Shown: positions 13,061 to 27,165, counted from the first letter of the whole stretch. The stretch is 63,247 nucleotides of DNA, filler included, from Reticulomyxa filosa (GCA_000512085.1; 9 parts of 9 records of this genome joined end to end with filler, not necessarily neighbours in it); one strand, 5' to 3'. Notes: generated from the letters alone by a model not told the origin. Numbers and translations are program-made.

Positions 13061-15607
13061 TCAACAATCCTGAAATAAAAGAAAAAAAGTTGCATAAGTT
13101 CCTGGTGAATTATTTTTTCTTTTTTTTTTTGTTGGCTCCTTTTTTTCGTTATCTTTGTTTTCATTTTGTTTTTCCATTAACATTTTGTCATTTTGCAAGA
13201 GTTGTTTTCTTCGGTTTACAATTAGAGGTTTGTTTTCGGTGATTTGTTGATTGATTTGTTGTAGATCAAACGCCACAAGTGAATGTTGGTATCCGTGCAC
13301 AACAACCGACTCATTATTAAGCAAAAAAATGGACTCGATTCCATTTTGGATGATGGAGTCTGTTTTTCCATCAATTTGCAATAATCGCCAAGCTTCAAGG
13401 TATTGAGGGCCATGTTGCTTATCTTCAACGGTCAATAGCAGACACTTTGGAGTTTCAAATTTTTTCTTTGATTTTGTCAATTGCAAGTGTACTTGTTCAT
13501 ACAAATACTTCAAATCCCATATTTTTATTATACCATCGTCACCGCAAGTCCAAAGATTTTCATTTTCTATATAAATGCGGTTGAAGATCTCTGTGCTGGA
13601 ATTAAAGCAAGTGATAACAGTGCCGACATGTGTCCATTGTGGAGTGTCTCCGGCGGTACTTAGAACTCGGATAGATTGTATTTGTGCACACACAAAACAT
13701 AAATTGTTTTTGCTATCAAAGCAAATATCTCGAATGGGGCCATAACCACAGCTAATGACTTGCACTGAAGCCTTCATGTTGAATGGCACAACAAATACAC
13801 TGCCACATTCACTTCCGACAATGACATGAGTCGGAGAGGGGACATCACTCGGTAATAACTTCATACAAGTCAATGCGTTATCTTGCGTGATTTGTAATTG
13901 AATCACAATATCTCCATTGCTATATAGATCACGCATAATGAGATACCCATCAAATCCAACACTTAATATACGATTATTGTTTATTATTTTTAAGCCACTT
14001 ATCTTACGTTCATGAGTCTTCCATTTTTGTAAACAATATGCTCTCTATATATTTTTTTTTTGGTGTTGTTATCGTTTGCTTGTACGTAGCAAAACAAGTA
14101 GTATACGTTTATTGGTTTGCACTGAAAACAATCCTACAATTAACTAAGCGAGGAAACTGCGAGTGCAAAGACCAGCAACTAATAACTCCATGCTCATCTC
14201 CAATCACAAGTTGATCGAATTTGTTGTTGTCAATGAAGTCCATCCACATAGGAGCCACTGGCTTTGCAGATTGATTGTCGCTTTCATAGTTGAGTTCAAA
14301 TTTGTGAAAGCACTCCTTCAATTGCAAATCCCAGACAAAAATCTTACCTTTTATTGTCCCTACATGGACAAATCGGACTTGTGTGGAGCTGGCAATGTGT
14401 ACGGAAGAAATGACCGCTTCGCATTGTAATAAAACCTTGCTTTCTTTGTTCGTATGGTTATCTGTTGAAGCAGCTGCAGTATTGCCACATGTATGGACAA
14501 CACAAAAATATTGCACCATTTTTTTAATGACATTTTTGACATCCAATGGAATCTCTGTCCATGTCTCCCAGTCTTGTTCACTTATATTCAATAGTTCTTC
14601 CACATGCTGTACTTTCACTGAGTTAAAATATTCTTCCATGTTCTTAAGTTCCTCGTTTGTATATTTAGAGTCCAATTTGCTACCTGCTAAATTCAATAAT
14701 TCTCCAATACTTGTCTGATTGTTCCATTTCTCACTTTCTTCAATTTCATCTTTAAAAAAAAATTACTCTGTTTTCTTGATCAGTGGCATTTCTAATGAGT
14801 CAAACAAAAACGTCCAAGCTCTAAACTTTGTAAACTGGAGTCAATTAGAAATTCAATAATAAATATTAATTGAAGCGGGATTTTTATGTCAATCGTCCAG
14901 TTTTCAAACTGGGGTAAACTTAATTGATCAATATTATCGATTCCTATTGCTGAGAAAGCGTCGTCCCATTCTTGAATTTTTTTGTTGATATCTTGTCCGC
15001 TGGCGTTGTGTTTAACAGCATCAGTTTGAGTTTCAACAAGGAGTTCCACAAAATGTTCGTTGATTTTTTGTAGAAGTTGTTTAACAGGCATACTTGAACT
15101 CATTTTTGATAATAAACATTTTATTTCAGCAGCAGTTTTGTCTTTTTGCTTGGACATTTTTGTTTTGAATGCTTGATATGCATTTACAAGTATTTTCATT
15201 TCATCAACACACTTTTTCATTTGCGCTTGCTCGTCACAATTTTCCAACATTTGATAGCACAGCTTATTTTCAATATTTTTCAGATTTGGGTTAGCATTTG
15301 CTTGCATTAGTAATCGAATAAATGCTTTACGTTTTTGAAAGCAAGCCAGATGTAAAGGTGTGTTATCTTGAAGATCAAACACGTTGGGTTGTGCACCTTC
15401 ATTAATTAACCATTTTCCGATGTTGATGTTATGTGAGGTGCACAAGTGTAAGAATGTTTGTCCTGCATGAGCGTTACTTTTTGGAAACCAATACTCGTTC
15501 AAAAACAACTCTTTTTTGATTTTATTGACCCCAAACAAGCACTGTCGTGCTTTTAATATATTGTCTTCTAAAATTGCGCTTTGCAGTGCCTCTGGAATAT
15601 TTGTCAT
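13061..15607 (-). CDS. Ankyrin-repeat, SAM-like and WD40-like multidomain protein, multi-exon
   Basis: GQTFLHL and DNTPLHLAC ankyrin motifs; VEELLNISEQDWETWTEIPL (SAM-like); GKIFVWDL, LWTCGDDGIIKIWDL (WD40). The 3' end is uncertain. Confidence 0.7.
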
Positions 15608-16294
15608 AATGATCCAATAGAAGAAGATAAAAAAGAATTAATTTTCTTGTTTAAAAAATTATGAGTTTCCTTTTCTTATTTAATAAAAATTCCTGTTTGT
15701 GTGGTGGCCAAAAAACATCAAAACAGGGGCACGTGAATTTTTTTCAGTCACGTCTGAACAAAGATTTTTCCAGATCAAGTTTGATGTTCAGTGGAGATGT
15801 CAGTTATAGATTGTAGATAGAATGAACTCAATAATTACTGTAAGAGTTTACTGGTTTTTTGACTTTTGCAGCGGTCTTGTGAAAGACGGAAAAATCTAAA
15901 ATTGAATTTGTACATAAAGTCTGCGTTTTGGATACAAAAGGGGTGTTATTTAACAATAATTTATAAACTAGTTTTCAAAATTTGAAACCAGATAGTGTTT
16001 AACTTGAACAAAGACTACAAGACATTGAAAACCAATAAAAATGAATATAAATGTATTTTTTTTTACCGCTTAAAGCAGGACCTTCCGATTGAAAAAGTGT
16101 TGCAAACAATGAGCAAGCGAGAGCAAGACCAAAACAAAAAAAAACAATGAAACAAAAAGAGAAACAAAAACAAAAACTCTAACAATTTGCAATTGAAGTC
16201 CCACAAGACATTCTTTGCAGGATGAACAATCATCGCACACATACGCATAACAGCACAAAAGGTAATGTGATCAAAAAAAAAATAAAAAAAGGGA

Positions 16295-16939
16295 TTAATG
16301 ACGAACTAATTTGAAATTGATATCAGGATACCATTGCTTTAAAGACCTCCAAAACATGGCAGATTTATTACTATTCATAACATAAATCCACTCTTCGTTG
16401 GCAGTAAATTTGAAAACGTTCCACGTGATCCGAACCAGATCAGTGGCCAAGTGTTGTCGTTGAAAGAGTGGAAAGACAACCAATGCAATCTCTCTTTTTT
16501 CGGTGATTGTTTGTTTTCCATTTTCGAGTGAACTTTTTTTGGCTGTCATGTTGGCAGCGTTTTGTTCAGCACAGGGAAATAGCGTGATTTGCGCTTTGAT
16601 CACTGTTCCTGTAGTGGCTCCATTCTGATCGTCATTAGTCTTAATATGATTGTCAGCCACTACAAATCCCAACAAACGTGCACTCAAATCTATTTTCACT
16701 CGTTGAGCAAAATCGGGTTGCCATCCGTATCTTTCATATGTCACCTTTGGACATGACTCCAATGCTTGATGATACATATTCACATAGTTCATTAGAGTCT
16801 CGTTTTTTGCGTTGATTTGTGGCCCAACAAAAAATACCATCTCGTTGTTGTGATACATAAATCTTACTTCATTACTTCCTGAAAATACATTCGGGTCTTT
16901 AATCGCAAACTCATTTATTGATTTTTCATCTAGTTTCAT
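16295..16939 (-). CDS. GNAT-like acetyltransferase; intronless
   Basis: IALVVFPLFQRQHLATDLV resembles GNAT motif A; NSNKSAMFWRSL resembles motif B. Confidence 0.55.
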   Translation of the reverse strand: MKLDEKSINEFAIKDPNVFSGSNEVRFMYHNNEMVFFVGPQINAKNETLMNYVNMYHQALESCPKVTYERYGWQPDFAQRVKIDLSARLLGFVVADNHIKTNDDQNGATTGTVIKAQITLFPCAEQNAANMTAKKSSLENGKQTITEKREIALVVFPLFQRQHLATDLVRITWNVFKFTANEEWIYVMNSNKSAMFWRSLKQWYPDINFKLVRH

Positions 16940-17877
16940 ACTCAAATGTGAACTCTTGTTTTCCTCTTTTTTTTCGACTTCTGTTTTTTTTTTTCTTCGC
17001 TACTATGACTGATTACGTTCCCTCCTAACGAGTTGAAAAGATATTTCTGCAACTCTGTTATGGAAAGAGAACGGGACAGAGGTGATGAATCAAATTTCAA
17101 ATTCATATTCTCTATTGCTGTCATTTGAGATTTTTTATTTGTAATCAAAAAGTTTATTATTGTGGAACGCAAATGGAACTTTTTCAAGTTCTGCTTTGAA
17201 TGTTTAGTTTTTATTGCAATATAGTTTGCTCGTCTTTCTCCTTTGTTTTCATTTTTGCCCAGGTTAAAATTAGAAAAGAATAATCCCTATCAGATTTCTT
17301 GAGAATAATATATCCAACAATTTACACAGATAACTTTCAGAAATTGTAAACTCAACAATTAAGTTTATGTTAGAAACAACTTTATCTGACGCGTGTAATT
17401 ATAGCTGTTTAAAACAAAATTTAAAAAAGTCCATTATTTTGGTTTATATGGACGACCTCTTCGATCCCAGATCAAAACACAACTTAGCTGAAGCCGTTCA
17501 AGTTTGATTTCAGACAAAAAATGACTCTATCTCTAATAAAAAAACTCCAACGATAGTGAAATATTTGTTGACAAAGTTAAGTAGATGAAAAGACTTTCTG
17601 TGGAAAATTGCCCACACGATATTTGTGCGAAGCAATTCATTAAATACTTTCGGCCATGGTCACGTGACCAGTAAAAGGAAGAGGGGGTTGGTTGTGCAAA
17701 AAAAAAAACGTGTGCCACACTTATCACACATCGACATTGAAAAAGAGGACACACGTTGAGCCAACAAAAAAAAAAAGGGTTTACAAAATTCGAACAAAAG
17801 TGCAACACAAGTCGGTTCTGGTTGTTTTTTTTTTCTCCCCCTTTGCCTATGCGTATTTTTTTGTTTTGTTGAAAGGA

Positions 17878-20172
17878 ATGAGTAATGACGGGAATATTGA
17901 AAACTGGAAAACGATGACTGCGCAATTTCATGAAGTAAGTGCCAATCAGTTGCGTTTGCGTTATTACAAAAATTTGAATATGATACCAAAGCCATCACCA
18001 TCCGAGCAAATGGTGATCGCAAAGCAATGGAAGCAATCACTTCCAATGTTGTCCGATGCTGGACTGCATTTGAAGGTAACAGAGAATAGCGAGTTATTCA
18101 CGGTGAACTTCTTACAGCAAAAATCGACGAACATTGGCGAAGCAAGTGACACAAATAAGCACATTGTAAGTCCAATCGAGACGACAAGCGAGAGTCCGTT
18201 GTTGTCTCCACTGCCAATGTCGTTCCATTTGGACCTGGACAGTCCACTGTCCAATCACGACACCAATCCGAGCTCCAATTCGCAAAAACGAGAACAAACC
18301 CCGCAAAGTGCGAGTGGTTACGTTTCCCCCTTTGGCGCGGCGCCTGCACCGACTCAAACAATGAGTATTCTCAACTCCATTTCCGCACAATGTCGTCCAT
18401 ACACCTGTCGCACTGTTGGAAGTGCCGAATTTAAACCCAACGTTTTTCATATGTTTTCGCTTACAAGTTCATTATTTTTATTTTATTTTTTTTTTATACA
18501 AAGCAAAAAAAAAAATGAGCATATCGTTAAATAAAATATGTAATACATATGTATATGTATGTACATATATATATATGTATATTAAATGATCCCCCCAACG
18601 ACAAACAAATACAAAGGAAAACGATCGATAAGTGAGGATGAAATTCGCAGTGGTGGTGTGGATGGAACGATACAACGGGCCAATTCGATGGATAACCCCA
18701 GATCGAACAGAGTAGGATTAACATTCGACACACACAAAGCCGGCAAAAGGTACGATGGCTCCACTTCTTCTGCGACGGCAATGAAGCCTCGCTTGTTGGA
18801 CAGCGCGAGTGCAGGCCAGCCACAACGATGCACGAAAAAGAAGAAGAAGAAACAAAAGGAAAAGAAGACGCTCAAAGTGATGACTAGCCACTCTCCTGTG
18901 TGCGCCGTCTATACCGCTGGAGCATTAGGTGTCAAATCGCCACTTGCGGGGTCATCGACACCATCATTGCTATCGACCTCCAAAAAACTTAAACAAGCCA
19001 AAAAGTCACATCAAAAACTCCGATCACACTTCCACCAAGTCAACGTGTATCCGCCACCGCTCGAGTTACATCGACACACGCGAAGTGATGGAAGACTCCC
19101 TCTTTTGCAGAGAAGGATGCACATTACAAATGGCTTTGGCGTCGATCTGCAAGAGAACTTGCAAGAAGAAGAAGAAGAAGACGAAAGTGATTTGGAAATT
19201 ACAACCGATAAAAAAAAGAAAGGACTGAACAATGAACACGAAACACAAGTCAGAGACAGTGAACATGAATTTGATGATGGCTTGCCTTTGTCGCCGTTAC
19301 TTTCTCAAACAAACCCGAAAAAGAAAAAATATTTTTCTCACAATTCAATTTCGTTCTCTAGCTCCTCACATTCTGAAGCGGGCCTAAGTTCAGGTCAAGT
19401 GCATATCTATCCTTCCATCGGCATGGATTCAAATGGAACCACGAACTCAAATGCCGGCACAAATAAGGGTATCCGTGAAGATCTACCTTTGGAAATGAAC
19501 ATGGCTTTCGAAACCGAAGAAGAAGAAGAAGAAGAAACAAAAATGCCTCGCGAAAGACCCAAGTTCCGAAGCTCACAGTCATTAGATACCTGTAAGCGTG
19601 CAAATGCAAATGCAACGTCTGTTGTTATAACACCAACAGAGACAACAGCGGCAAATGGAAGACTGACAAGTTTACTGGCACAAAGACAAGACTTAGGTCA
19701 AAACAACAAAAACTCAAAGCTCACTTGTCAATTTCCCAAAGTATCAAAGCAGTCCCCTTGGGACGATCACACAACCTCACAGTCACTATTTAACAATTTG
19801 CCAAACCATGACGAGCGGGCACACAAAAACACAAACGCCGTGGACTCAAAGTATCTGAAGCAGTCTTTCACTTCTACAACACCTCCCGATCACATTGCCG
19901 TGTTATCGCCTTTTCATTCTTCTCTGTTCCCCATTTCACCCACAGTTGCTCCTCATTCGCCCAACCCCACCCGATCCAAAGTCATTCCGATCCCAAATCA
20001 TAGCCGACAAAGATACGATATTGATTTCAAGCCGTCAATACAACAGGTCACTTTTTGCAAGTTTCCCAACTACTTGCAAATGTACGTATACATTGAAAAA
20101 AAATTTGCGGCCACTTTCCAAAAAAATAAAAAAATAATTGAAAATTGCTTGGTAATAGACCAACTTTTTTGA
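17878..20172 (+). CDS. Ser/Pro/Glu-rich low-complexity hypothetical protein, multi-exon
   Basis: Long ORFs 17692-18534 and 18586-20172 interrupted by poly-T/TA intron-like tracts. No family recognised; ends approximate. Confidence 0.65.
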
Positions 20173-22482
20173 AAAGAAATTGAGAGAACAACCGGCACAC
20201 TTTGAAGATGATTCACTTCAGATGGAACTTTGAAGAAAAACAAGCCAAATGAAGTAACAAGTGAAGTTGCAAAGAAAAAAGAGAAAAGAGAAAATACAAT
20301 ATGTTTCGCTTTTCTCTTTTTTTTTACTTGTACATGTTGCAACTAAACTTGACGTTACAATTGACCAACTTTTTCAGTTTTATAATCTTATTTTTTTTTA
20401 TATTTTCAAACATTTGTTTGCTTGTCAATAAAGTGGAATAGTTCATCCGTTTTGTGTTTTATTTTTGAACTCCCTTTTTAAAGTTTGAACTTTCATTGCA
20501 AACAGTGCTTGATTTTTATACTTCTTTTTCTTTTGTTTCCTTTTCTTTTCTCTTTTTTTTTGTTGTTGTCATAAACTTTGGTTGAGCTTTGATTATTAAG
20601 CGTGTTTTATGATTTTTTATTTGTTTGTGAAAAACAAACCAATAAAAAATATATTGGCCACAAAAACGGCCTCAAAGTGAAACACGATAAACATAAGAGT
20701 TCTATTTCCCCATTTAGCTTGGTAGTTGGAGGAAAATTTGATAGTGGTAATGCAGTGATTTAAATATGTTGAAGAAAAATAAGAATTTGTTATTATTTTT
20801 AGTTTTGTTGTTGTGTTTTGATAAGTCTCTATGTTGTTTGTAAGGTTATTAAATAGATGAATCTTGTTGTGGTTTTTTAAAAATCAAAGCAAGTTAATTT
20901 ACATGAGAATTTTTGGCTTTCTTTCACGTGAAGAATAAAAAATTTGTTATTAAAAGTTAGCCTTTTGTTGCAAGGTCTTTAAAAGACTATGCAATTTTCA
21001 GGATAATCAGAAACGAAAGGTAGTTTACCAAGCAAAAATTTTTTGACAAACGCGTTCCTTTTAAACTTGAACATATTTGTTCTTATTTAATTGATATATA
21101 GAATATAATTTTGTATAAACAATCATGCAAAGCAAAAGTAGTGGTCGCTGTCATGCAGTCACAAAGACAAGCATTTGACAAACGCTTGCTGTTTCTTTTT
21201 TGAGTAACCGAGATTGATTGTAATTATAACTGTTTTTTTGTTGTTGAAAAATTTTTTGGCTGAATAATATGGGTTTACATGTTCCGGGAATTGAAAGTTT
21301 CTTTTTTTGTTATGTGAGCCCAGTTTGGAAAAATCTAAAACTATATCTTTGTTTACTCGCGAAAGGAGTTTGCTAATTGATATTGTGGCACGAGCCAAAT
21401 AAAAAAAAATGTACGACGTGTGTTTGTACAATGCAGAATATTCTTTTTTTTTAGTGTTTCTATTTTCAAAAAACTCTTAATCTGTGATTTCACTTCTGAA
21501 AAAAGTTTGATGTAAGGAAAAAGATACATGAATGACAAATAGTCTTCGAAGAAGAGATGATGTCAAGACGGCTTTACATTGATAATGATGAGATCAAACG
21601 ATATGTTTTATTAATTAAGACACAACAGATGAAATTCGACATTTAGATACATTTTGAAGTGACTCAGCTTAGAAAATGACTTTCACATATATTCTCTTTG
21701 GCGAATCTCTTTCATACTTCCAATGGTAGCATGAAACTTTTTTCTGCACAAAAATTTCTTTTAGGTCAATAAGCAAAAAATTGAGCCGTTTAGTTCACTC
21801 AATCAAGAAGGGAGTGTTCGGTACAAGTTTTGAAAGTTTATTTATCATCTAAAAATTAAAACTGCAATTTGTTTCCAATGTCTCGCATTGATGCAGTGTT
21901 ATATGACGCAGAGGTAAGACCAGCCAAGAGACAAGTCTTTTGCTGCTACTTAAAAAAAAACAACTACAAAAACACAATAACAGAACAATCAAGGGAATAT
22001 ACAACAAAACCTAGTATAATCGCTGTAACAACAGCATTTGCATAAATACTTGCAAAATCTTTTTCTCTAAAGTCTTTTTTACGAGATACTTTTTTTTCAC
22101 GAATAAAAAAACAAATAACAGAAAACTAGTGGTGATTACCAACATAGTCAACAAGATGTAAGTTAAACAATTAAACATAAGCAAATAAAAAAAGATAATT
22201 TAAAATTTAAGTAGATTTTCTGTTTTGTTTTAAATAAAAAGTATTTGCAGACAAAGATATAAAAATCGCAGATTAGTAATAGCAGATAGAAGTGCATTTG
22301 ATGCATTAGACTAAAGTTTTGCAGTCACAGTATCGCAACGAACAAATATTTTACAATTTGTCTTTATATGTTTTTTTATTAATTAATTTGTAGGGAGTCT
22401 ACAGTGAAGAGCTTCACTAAATGTAATACGAAATAATTTTGTTGGAACCGAAAGGGTTTGAATTCTGGGTTTTTAAAAACCC

Positions 22483-22582
22483 NNNNNNNNNNNNNNNNNN
22501 NNNNNNNNNNNNNNNNNNNNNNNNNNTTAATTAATTAANNNNNNNNNNNNNNNNNNNNNNNNNNNNNNNNNNNNNNNNNNNN
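22483..22582. other. Artificial assembly spacer
   Basis: N44-TTAATTAATTAA-N44. Confidence 0.99.
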
Positions 22583-24111
22583 AGCTACTTCAACAACGGA
22601 AGTGGAGCCAAGACAAGATGACATTGTACAATTTCGATTGCGATTTGTAAATGATGAATGGCACCCAATAAACGTGAAGCTGGTGGCACAAACTCCATTG
22701 TTTGGTCTTTATTTCTGTGAAATCGTAATAAGCAATTGAATATGTTTTATTTTGTTTTGCTTTATTTTGGATTTGGATAGACGAAAAATGCAAACAATCC
22801 CACTTTCGGGAAGTGCAATGCAAGCACTAGAAGCTTTTAATGCTTTTAATCAAGCAACCAGTTACATATACTTTATTTCTTTGTTTATTGTAAAATGTGT
22901 GTGTTTTTTTTTTAAGTGCATTATTTTAAATGTATCATTGTTTGTTTTTTCTACTCTTTGTGTAGTCTTACCATGGTTCTTGAGCTATTCAACTGAAAAC
23001 GCATTCAATTGTGCGAAGAAAGTGATTGAGGCGTGCATAAAAACACGGTGTGGTATTCCATTAGGGGTTGTACAATTGTCGGAAGAAAAGTCATTCCAAC
23101 AAACTCCAGAAATGAAAAAGTGTTGGGAAATTGTGCAAACATTTCAAGAATTAACCGAAGATGCTGACATTACCAATCTAATGCAAGAGTATCAAAACAT
23201 TGTATACAAACGCCAGATTGAAAGGAATCTACGAATTTATGTTTGTGAACCAGAAACAAATGTCCCATTCATTTCATTAAGAGAAGATAAAGATGCGGGT
23301 ATGTTTTTTTTTTTTTTTTTTAAGTTGCATTTAATACTTTGAATTTATGATGTAATAATAATAATAATAATAATAATAAAAGAATGTGAGTTGCAACACA
23401 TTTCATCCACCGTCTTTTACAAAGACGTTACAACGGTGCAAGGAGAATTACTTCTTTGTGCACAGTACAAAGACAAAAAGAAAAATTTCTCTATAAAAGC
23501 TGATGTCTCTATTTTTATCATTCCAACTCAAACACACACACGAAATCAAATTGAGGCAGAAGGGATCATTTTAAATCATTTATTGGATGGTGTCAAGGAT
23601 GTGGACACATTGCAATTTGTACTGCATGCACAGAAAGATATAGAGCTAGTAATCTCAAGAGGATTAGCTTTGTCAAAACAAGAATTAGAAAAAAAGATAC
23701 AGCAATTTGATGCAACAGAGATGAACTTGTCATCAGTTTTGCAAACTATTTTTTTTTTTATATATAAAAAGAATTCTAATAACATAATATATAAAAAAAA
23801 ACAAGGCGTTGCAACATATACTATTGCGCAAATGGAAATCAGAACATTTAAAAAATAATGAAGACATTACCATATCTTTTGGACAATGGTCATACTGGAA
23901 ATGGTTTGAGGTAATCTCGTCCATCTTTGAACAATGTCATAACAAATTGCCTCCAATCGTTTGTGACGTGTTGATCAATGATATAAGGCCATATATCAAT
24001 GAAAAGCCCTCCAAATGGGATCTCTTTTTTCTCATTCCATGTTTGAACTATTTGTCATTATCCATCGCAAACAACACCTCTAGGATTAATATCTCGCAGC
24101 GTTTTAAACGC
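22583..24111 (+). CDS. Hypothetical protein, multi-exon, probably partial at both ends
   Basis: ORFs 22752, 23391 and 23809 with intron-like poly-T/(TAA)n tracts between coding-like stretches. Confidence 0.5.
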
Positions 24112-24211
24112 NNNNNNNNNNNNNNNNNNNNNNNNNNNNNNNNNNNNNNNNNNNNTTAATTAATTAANNNNNNNNNNNNNNNNNNNNNNNNNNNNNNNNN
24201 NNNNNNNNNNN
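24112..24211. other. Artificial assembly spacer
   Basis: N44-TTAATTAATTAA-N44. Confidence 0.99.
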
Positions 24212-24748
24212 AAAAAAAAAAAAAGGGATAAAAAATCACTCACTTTGCTTTTCTTGGGTTGCTTCTTTTTACTTTTCTTTGTTTTGTGACTGTGCTCTCC
24301 ATCTTTTTTTTTCTTTTTTTTATCTTTTCTATCTTTTTTGTGCTTTGTGCTGTCCAAGTTGTTCGCATATTTCGTTGGCTTGGATAATTTTTTTTCGCGC
24401 TCACGATCTAATTCTTCTCGGAACTTCTTGTTCTCTGTGTCGTCGTCTTTCCCGAACGCGGCCTCCATATTTCGCTTGTGTTTTTCTTTGTATTCGTCAA
24501 AATCCAGTCGTTTCTTTTGCTCATTCATTAACAGTATTTTAATGTGATGTTTGTCGTACGATAGAGAGGTCCTGTTTTTTTTTTCGAATGTTGATTGAAA
24601 TGTGTTGATGCAATAGCTGTGCTCTTGCTTTCACTAAGCAGCAATACATATATATATATGCAATTGTAATAACATACGTTGCTGGGCGATTATTTTTTTC
24701 ATCGTCTGACGACTCTTGTGCCATCATTGATTGAGCCAAGCCGATCAT
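24212..24748 (-). CDS. FAM133-like Lys-rich protein, 3'-truncated
   Basis: RLDFDEYKEK...KFREELDREREKKLS followed by poly-Lys resembles the FAM133 N-terminal helix; one intron near 24575-24677. Confidence 0.5.
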
Positions 24749-25122
24749 TTTTACACTTTATTCAATATCCAAATAATTTCTCCAATCACCCCTTTTGGAC
24801 GAGAAAACAAACAGTACTTTATCAAATGTTCGCACTTAATTAAAAAAGCAAAATGCTTTTTTGCTCTTATTTAATTGTAGATTTTAGCAACTTAATATTG
24901 GTGATTGATTTGGAATTAAACCAATCGAACTGTACATAAAAATAATTTGTCTTTTCTTGTTGCCTGAAGTAAAAGGCAGGAATACAGTGAATTTGTATTT
25001 GTTGAAGGATGCTTACCAAATATTTTCTATTTTAAATAATAAATACCCAAACAAGAGCAGTACTTTTTGTGTGGGGTTGCCTTTTGCATTAAGATACATT
25101 GTGGTGAAGCAGTTTTTTTGTA

Positions 25123-26297
25123 ATGGAGAGTGAAGTTTCGACAATCGATTTGACCGAATGTTTAAACAAAATAAAAAATTGTGAAAACGTGATATCGGCA
25201 ATATTGTTGTTGAGTGCGGTGTTGCCTCAACTAAAAATGCGAGGAGCAGTAGATTATCCGTTTGACATAAATCGGTTGAAAAATATTGCCACACACTCCT
25301 GTGACTCGCAAACATCGACTTACCTGTGGCATTTGTGGGCCCTAATTCAAGCTTCACGGGATTTGGCATCTTTAATTGACGCGCTGAATATAATCTTTGA
25401 AGTTAGCAAAAAAAAAACCAGTAAAATTTAATATAACAACTAAGACCCTCCATTTTTTTTACCCTCCACAGGGCGATAATCAAAACTAGAGAAAAAAACA
25501 ACGGACAATTTTTATTGAATATTTTTTAAAAAGTTAAAAATGAAAAACAATAGCACAATAGATCCGTGAAAACGGAACAGAGCCATTTGAATTAAAAATT
25601 GTTTGTTGTTCTCTATTTCAATCAATACATTCCCTTTTTTTTTTTTGTTATTGTTGATGTGTGTGCGTTGGGGGGGGGGGGGGAAAAAAAGCAACGAATT
25701 GTTTCAACAGTCATTGCAAAAGAAATGAGCGAGGAGGTAAACACAAATTTGGCAACCAAAAAAAGTGAGGGCTACATAACGACGGAGAACACTTGTGGAA
25801 GTGGTTATACGTACTTTGCAAACACCGATGGTAGCAACAGTGGCTGCGGAATTTTGAAGGAATTAGAACCGAATGCCTTGGGCCATCATTCACCAAACAG
25901 TCTGGTAAAAAACCTGTCTCGAGATATGAATGGCAATCCAATAAGAGAGTTTGGACATCTACACAGTCTTGTGACAGACGTGGAGACAGGTACGCATTCG
26001 AACGTCCTCCTTTCTTCGGTGACTCCAATAACGGATGAAGGACAGTGCAATCATGCGAGTCATGCAAACCACGACGGCTCGTTGCAGACATTTGAAACCG
26101 AGACCATTCATCCAACTTGTTGCTCTTCCCCATTGGCGAGGAAATTGAGAAACCAAAAGAGGGATGCCCAATTTCGTAGGTCTTTGATTGAGCAAGATCA
26201 GATTTTAACTCAAGGCTATTGCTTTAATTATAACAATGGCAACCAAAACACGCAATGTTTTGATGTGGAAGAGTTTGAAAGATTGACTTGCACATAA
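25123..26297 (+). CDS. Hypothetical protein, multi-exon
   Basis: ORFs 25123-25431 and 25599-26297 with coding-like composition; linkage into one gene is inferred. Confidence 0.45.
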
Positions 26298-26371
26298 AAC
26301 TTACTTTTTCTATTTCACTTTTTTTTTTTGCGCTTAAAAAATCTGATATTGTGATATAATTGTCTTATAAT

Positions 26372-26431
26372 CAATTTTTATTTATATGTTTTTCGTTTTA
26401 CAATTTTTATTTATATGTTTTTCGTTTTACA
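26372..26431. repeat. 29-bp tandem duplication
   Basis: CAATTTTTATTTATATGTTTTTCGTTTTA occurs twice in tandem. Confidence 0.85.
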
Positions 26432-26940
26432 GTTTTTATTTTTGTTTATTGATGCCTTCAATTCTATATAACAGGAATTCATATAAGCAAAAAAATTTTT
26501 GAGTTTTTTTAAAAGTGAGAAATCTCTAGTTATCATTCAAAATTTGTATATTACTCTTCAATTTAAAACTAACACTAATATAAACTCAGCTCAATATGAA
26601 AAAGTATTGTAAATTAAATTTTTTTAACAATAAGTGTTGTAGGTTCACACTTTGTTAAGTGTGAGGTCAAAGAACACGTCATAGTAGAAATCCTTAAAAA
26701 GATATAATTTAAACCTCTTTGTGAAACAATCAAACTTGAAAATACTAATTCTTCATACATAGTCCCTTGTTTTTATTTAGAAACAAGAACCTGAAAATAA
26801 CATCGATGAGCGTTTGTCCAAGAGCATAATGTTTATATTTTCGCAATATTACGATAATAATTCTTGAACAATATCTAAAGAATATCAATTACAAATCCTC
26901 AGCCGGAAGAAATGTCGGTTATTTGATAATTTGGAAAAGA

Positions 26941-27165
26941 TTATACGATTGTACAACATGCTTCTGTCTCTTTCTTTGTCCACTCATTTTCAGGGTTGTT
27001 GAAAGGGTCATCACGTTTTACAATGCACTCAATTAATTCCTTAGCTACAACTAGAGGGTTCGCAGATTTTTCGATCTGGGCAATATCTGCCTCCAAAAAT
27101 GTTTTTTCTTGCTTTAACATTTGGAGTTCAAAATTTACTTGATCTTCCTCTTGTTTCGAGCTCAT
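26941..27165 (-). CDS. Heterotrimeric G-protein gamma subunit (74 aa)
   Basis: N-terminal coiled coil, DDPF and NPENEW (GGL-type DPL/NPW motifs), and C-terminal CCTIV (CAAX with adjacent Cys, as in yeast Ste18 CCTLM). Confidence 0.85.
   Translation of the reverse strand: MSSKQEEDQVNFELQMLKQEKTFLEADIAQIEKSANPLVVAKELIECIVKRDDPFNNPENEWTKKETEACCTIV

Noticed and set aside
22467-22482. Perfect 16-bp palindrome GGGTTTTTAAAAACCC
   Set aside because: Low complexity and at the very end of a segment, where read quality is poorest.
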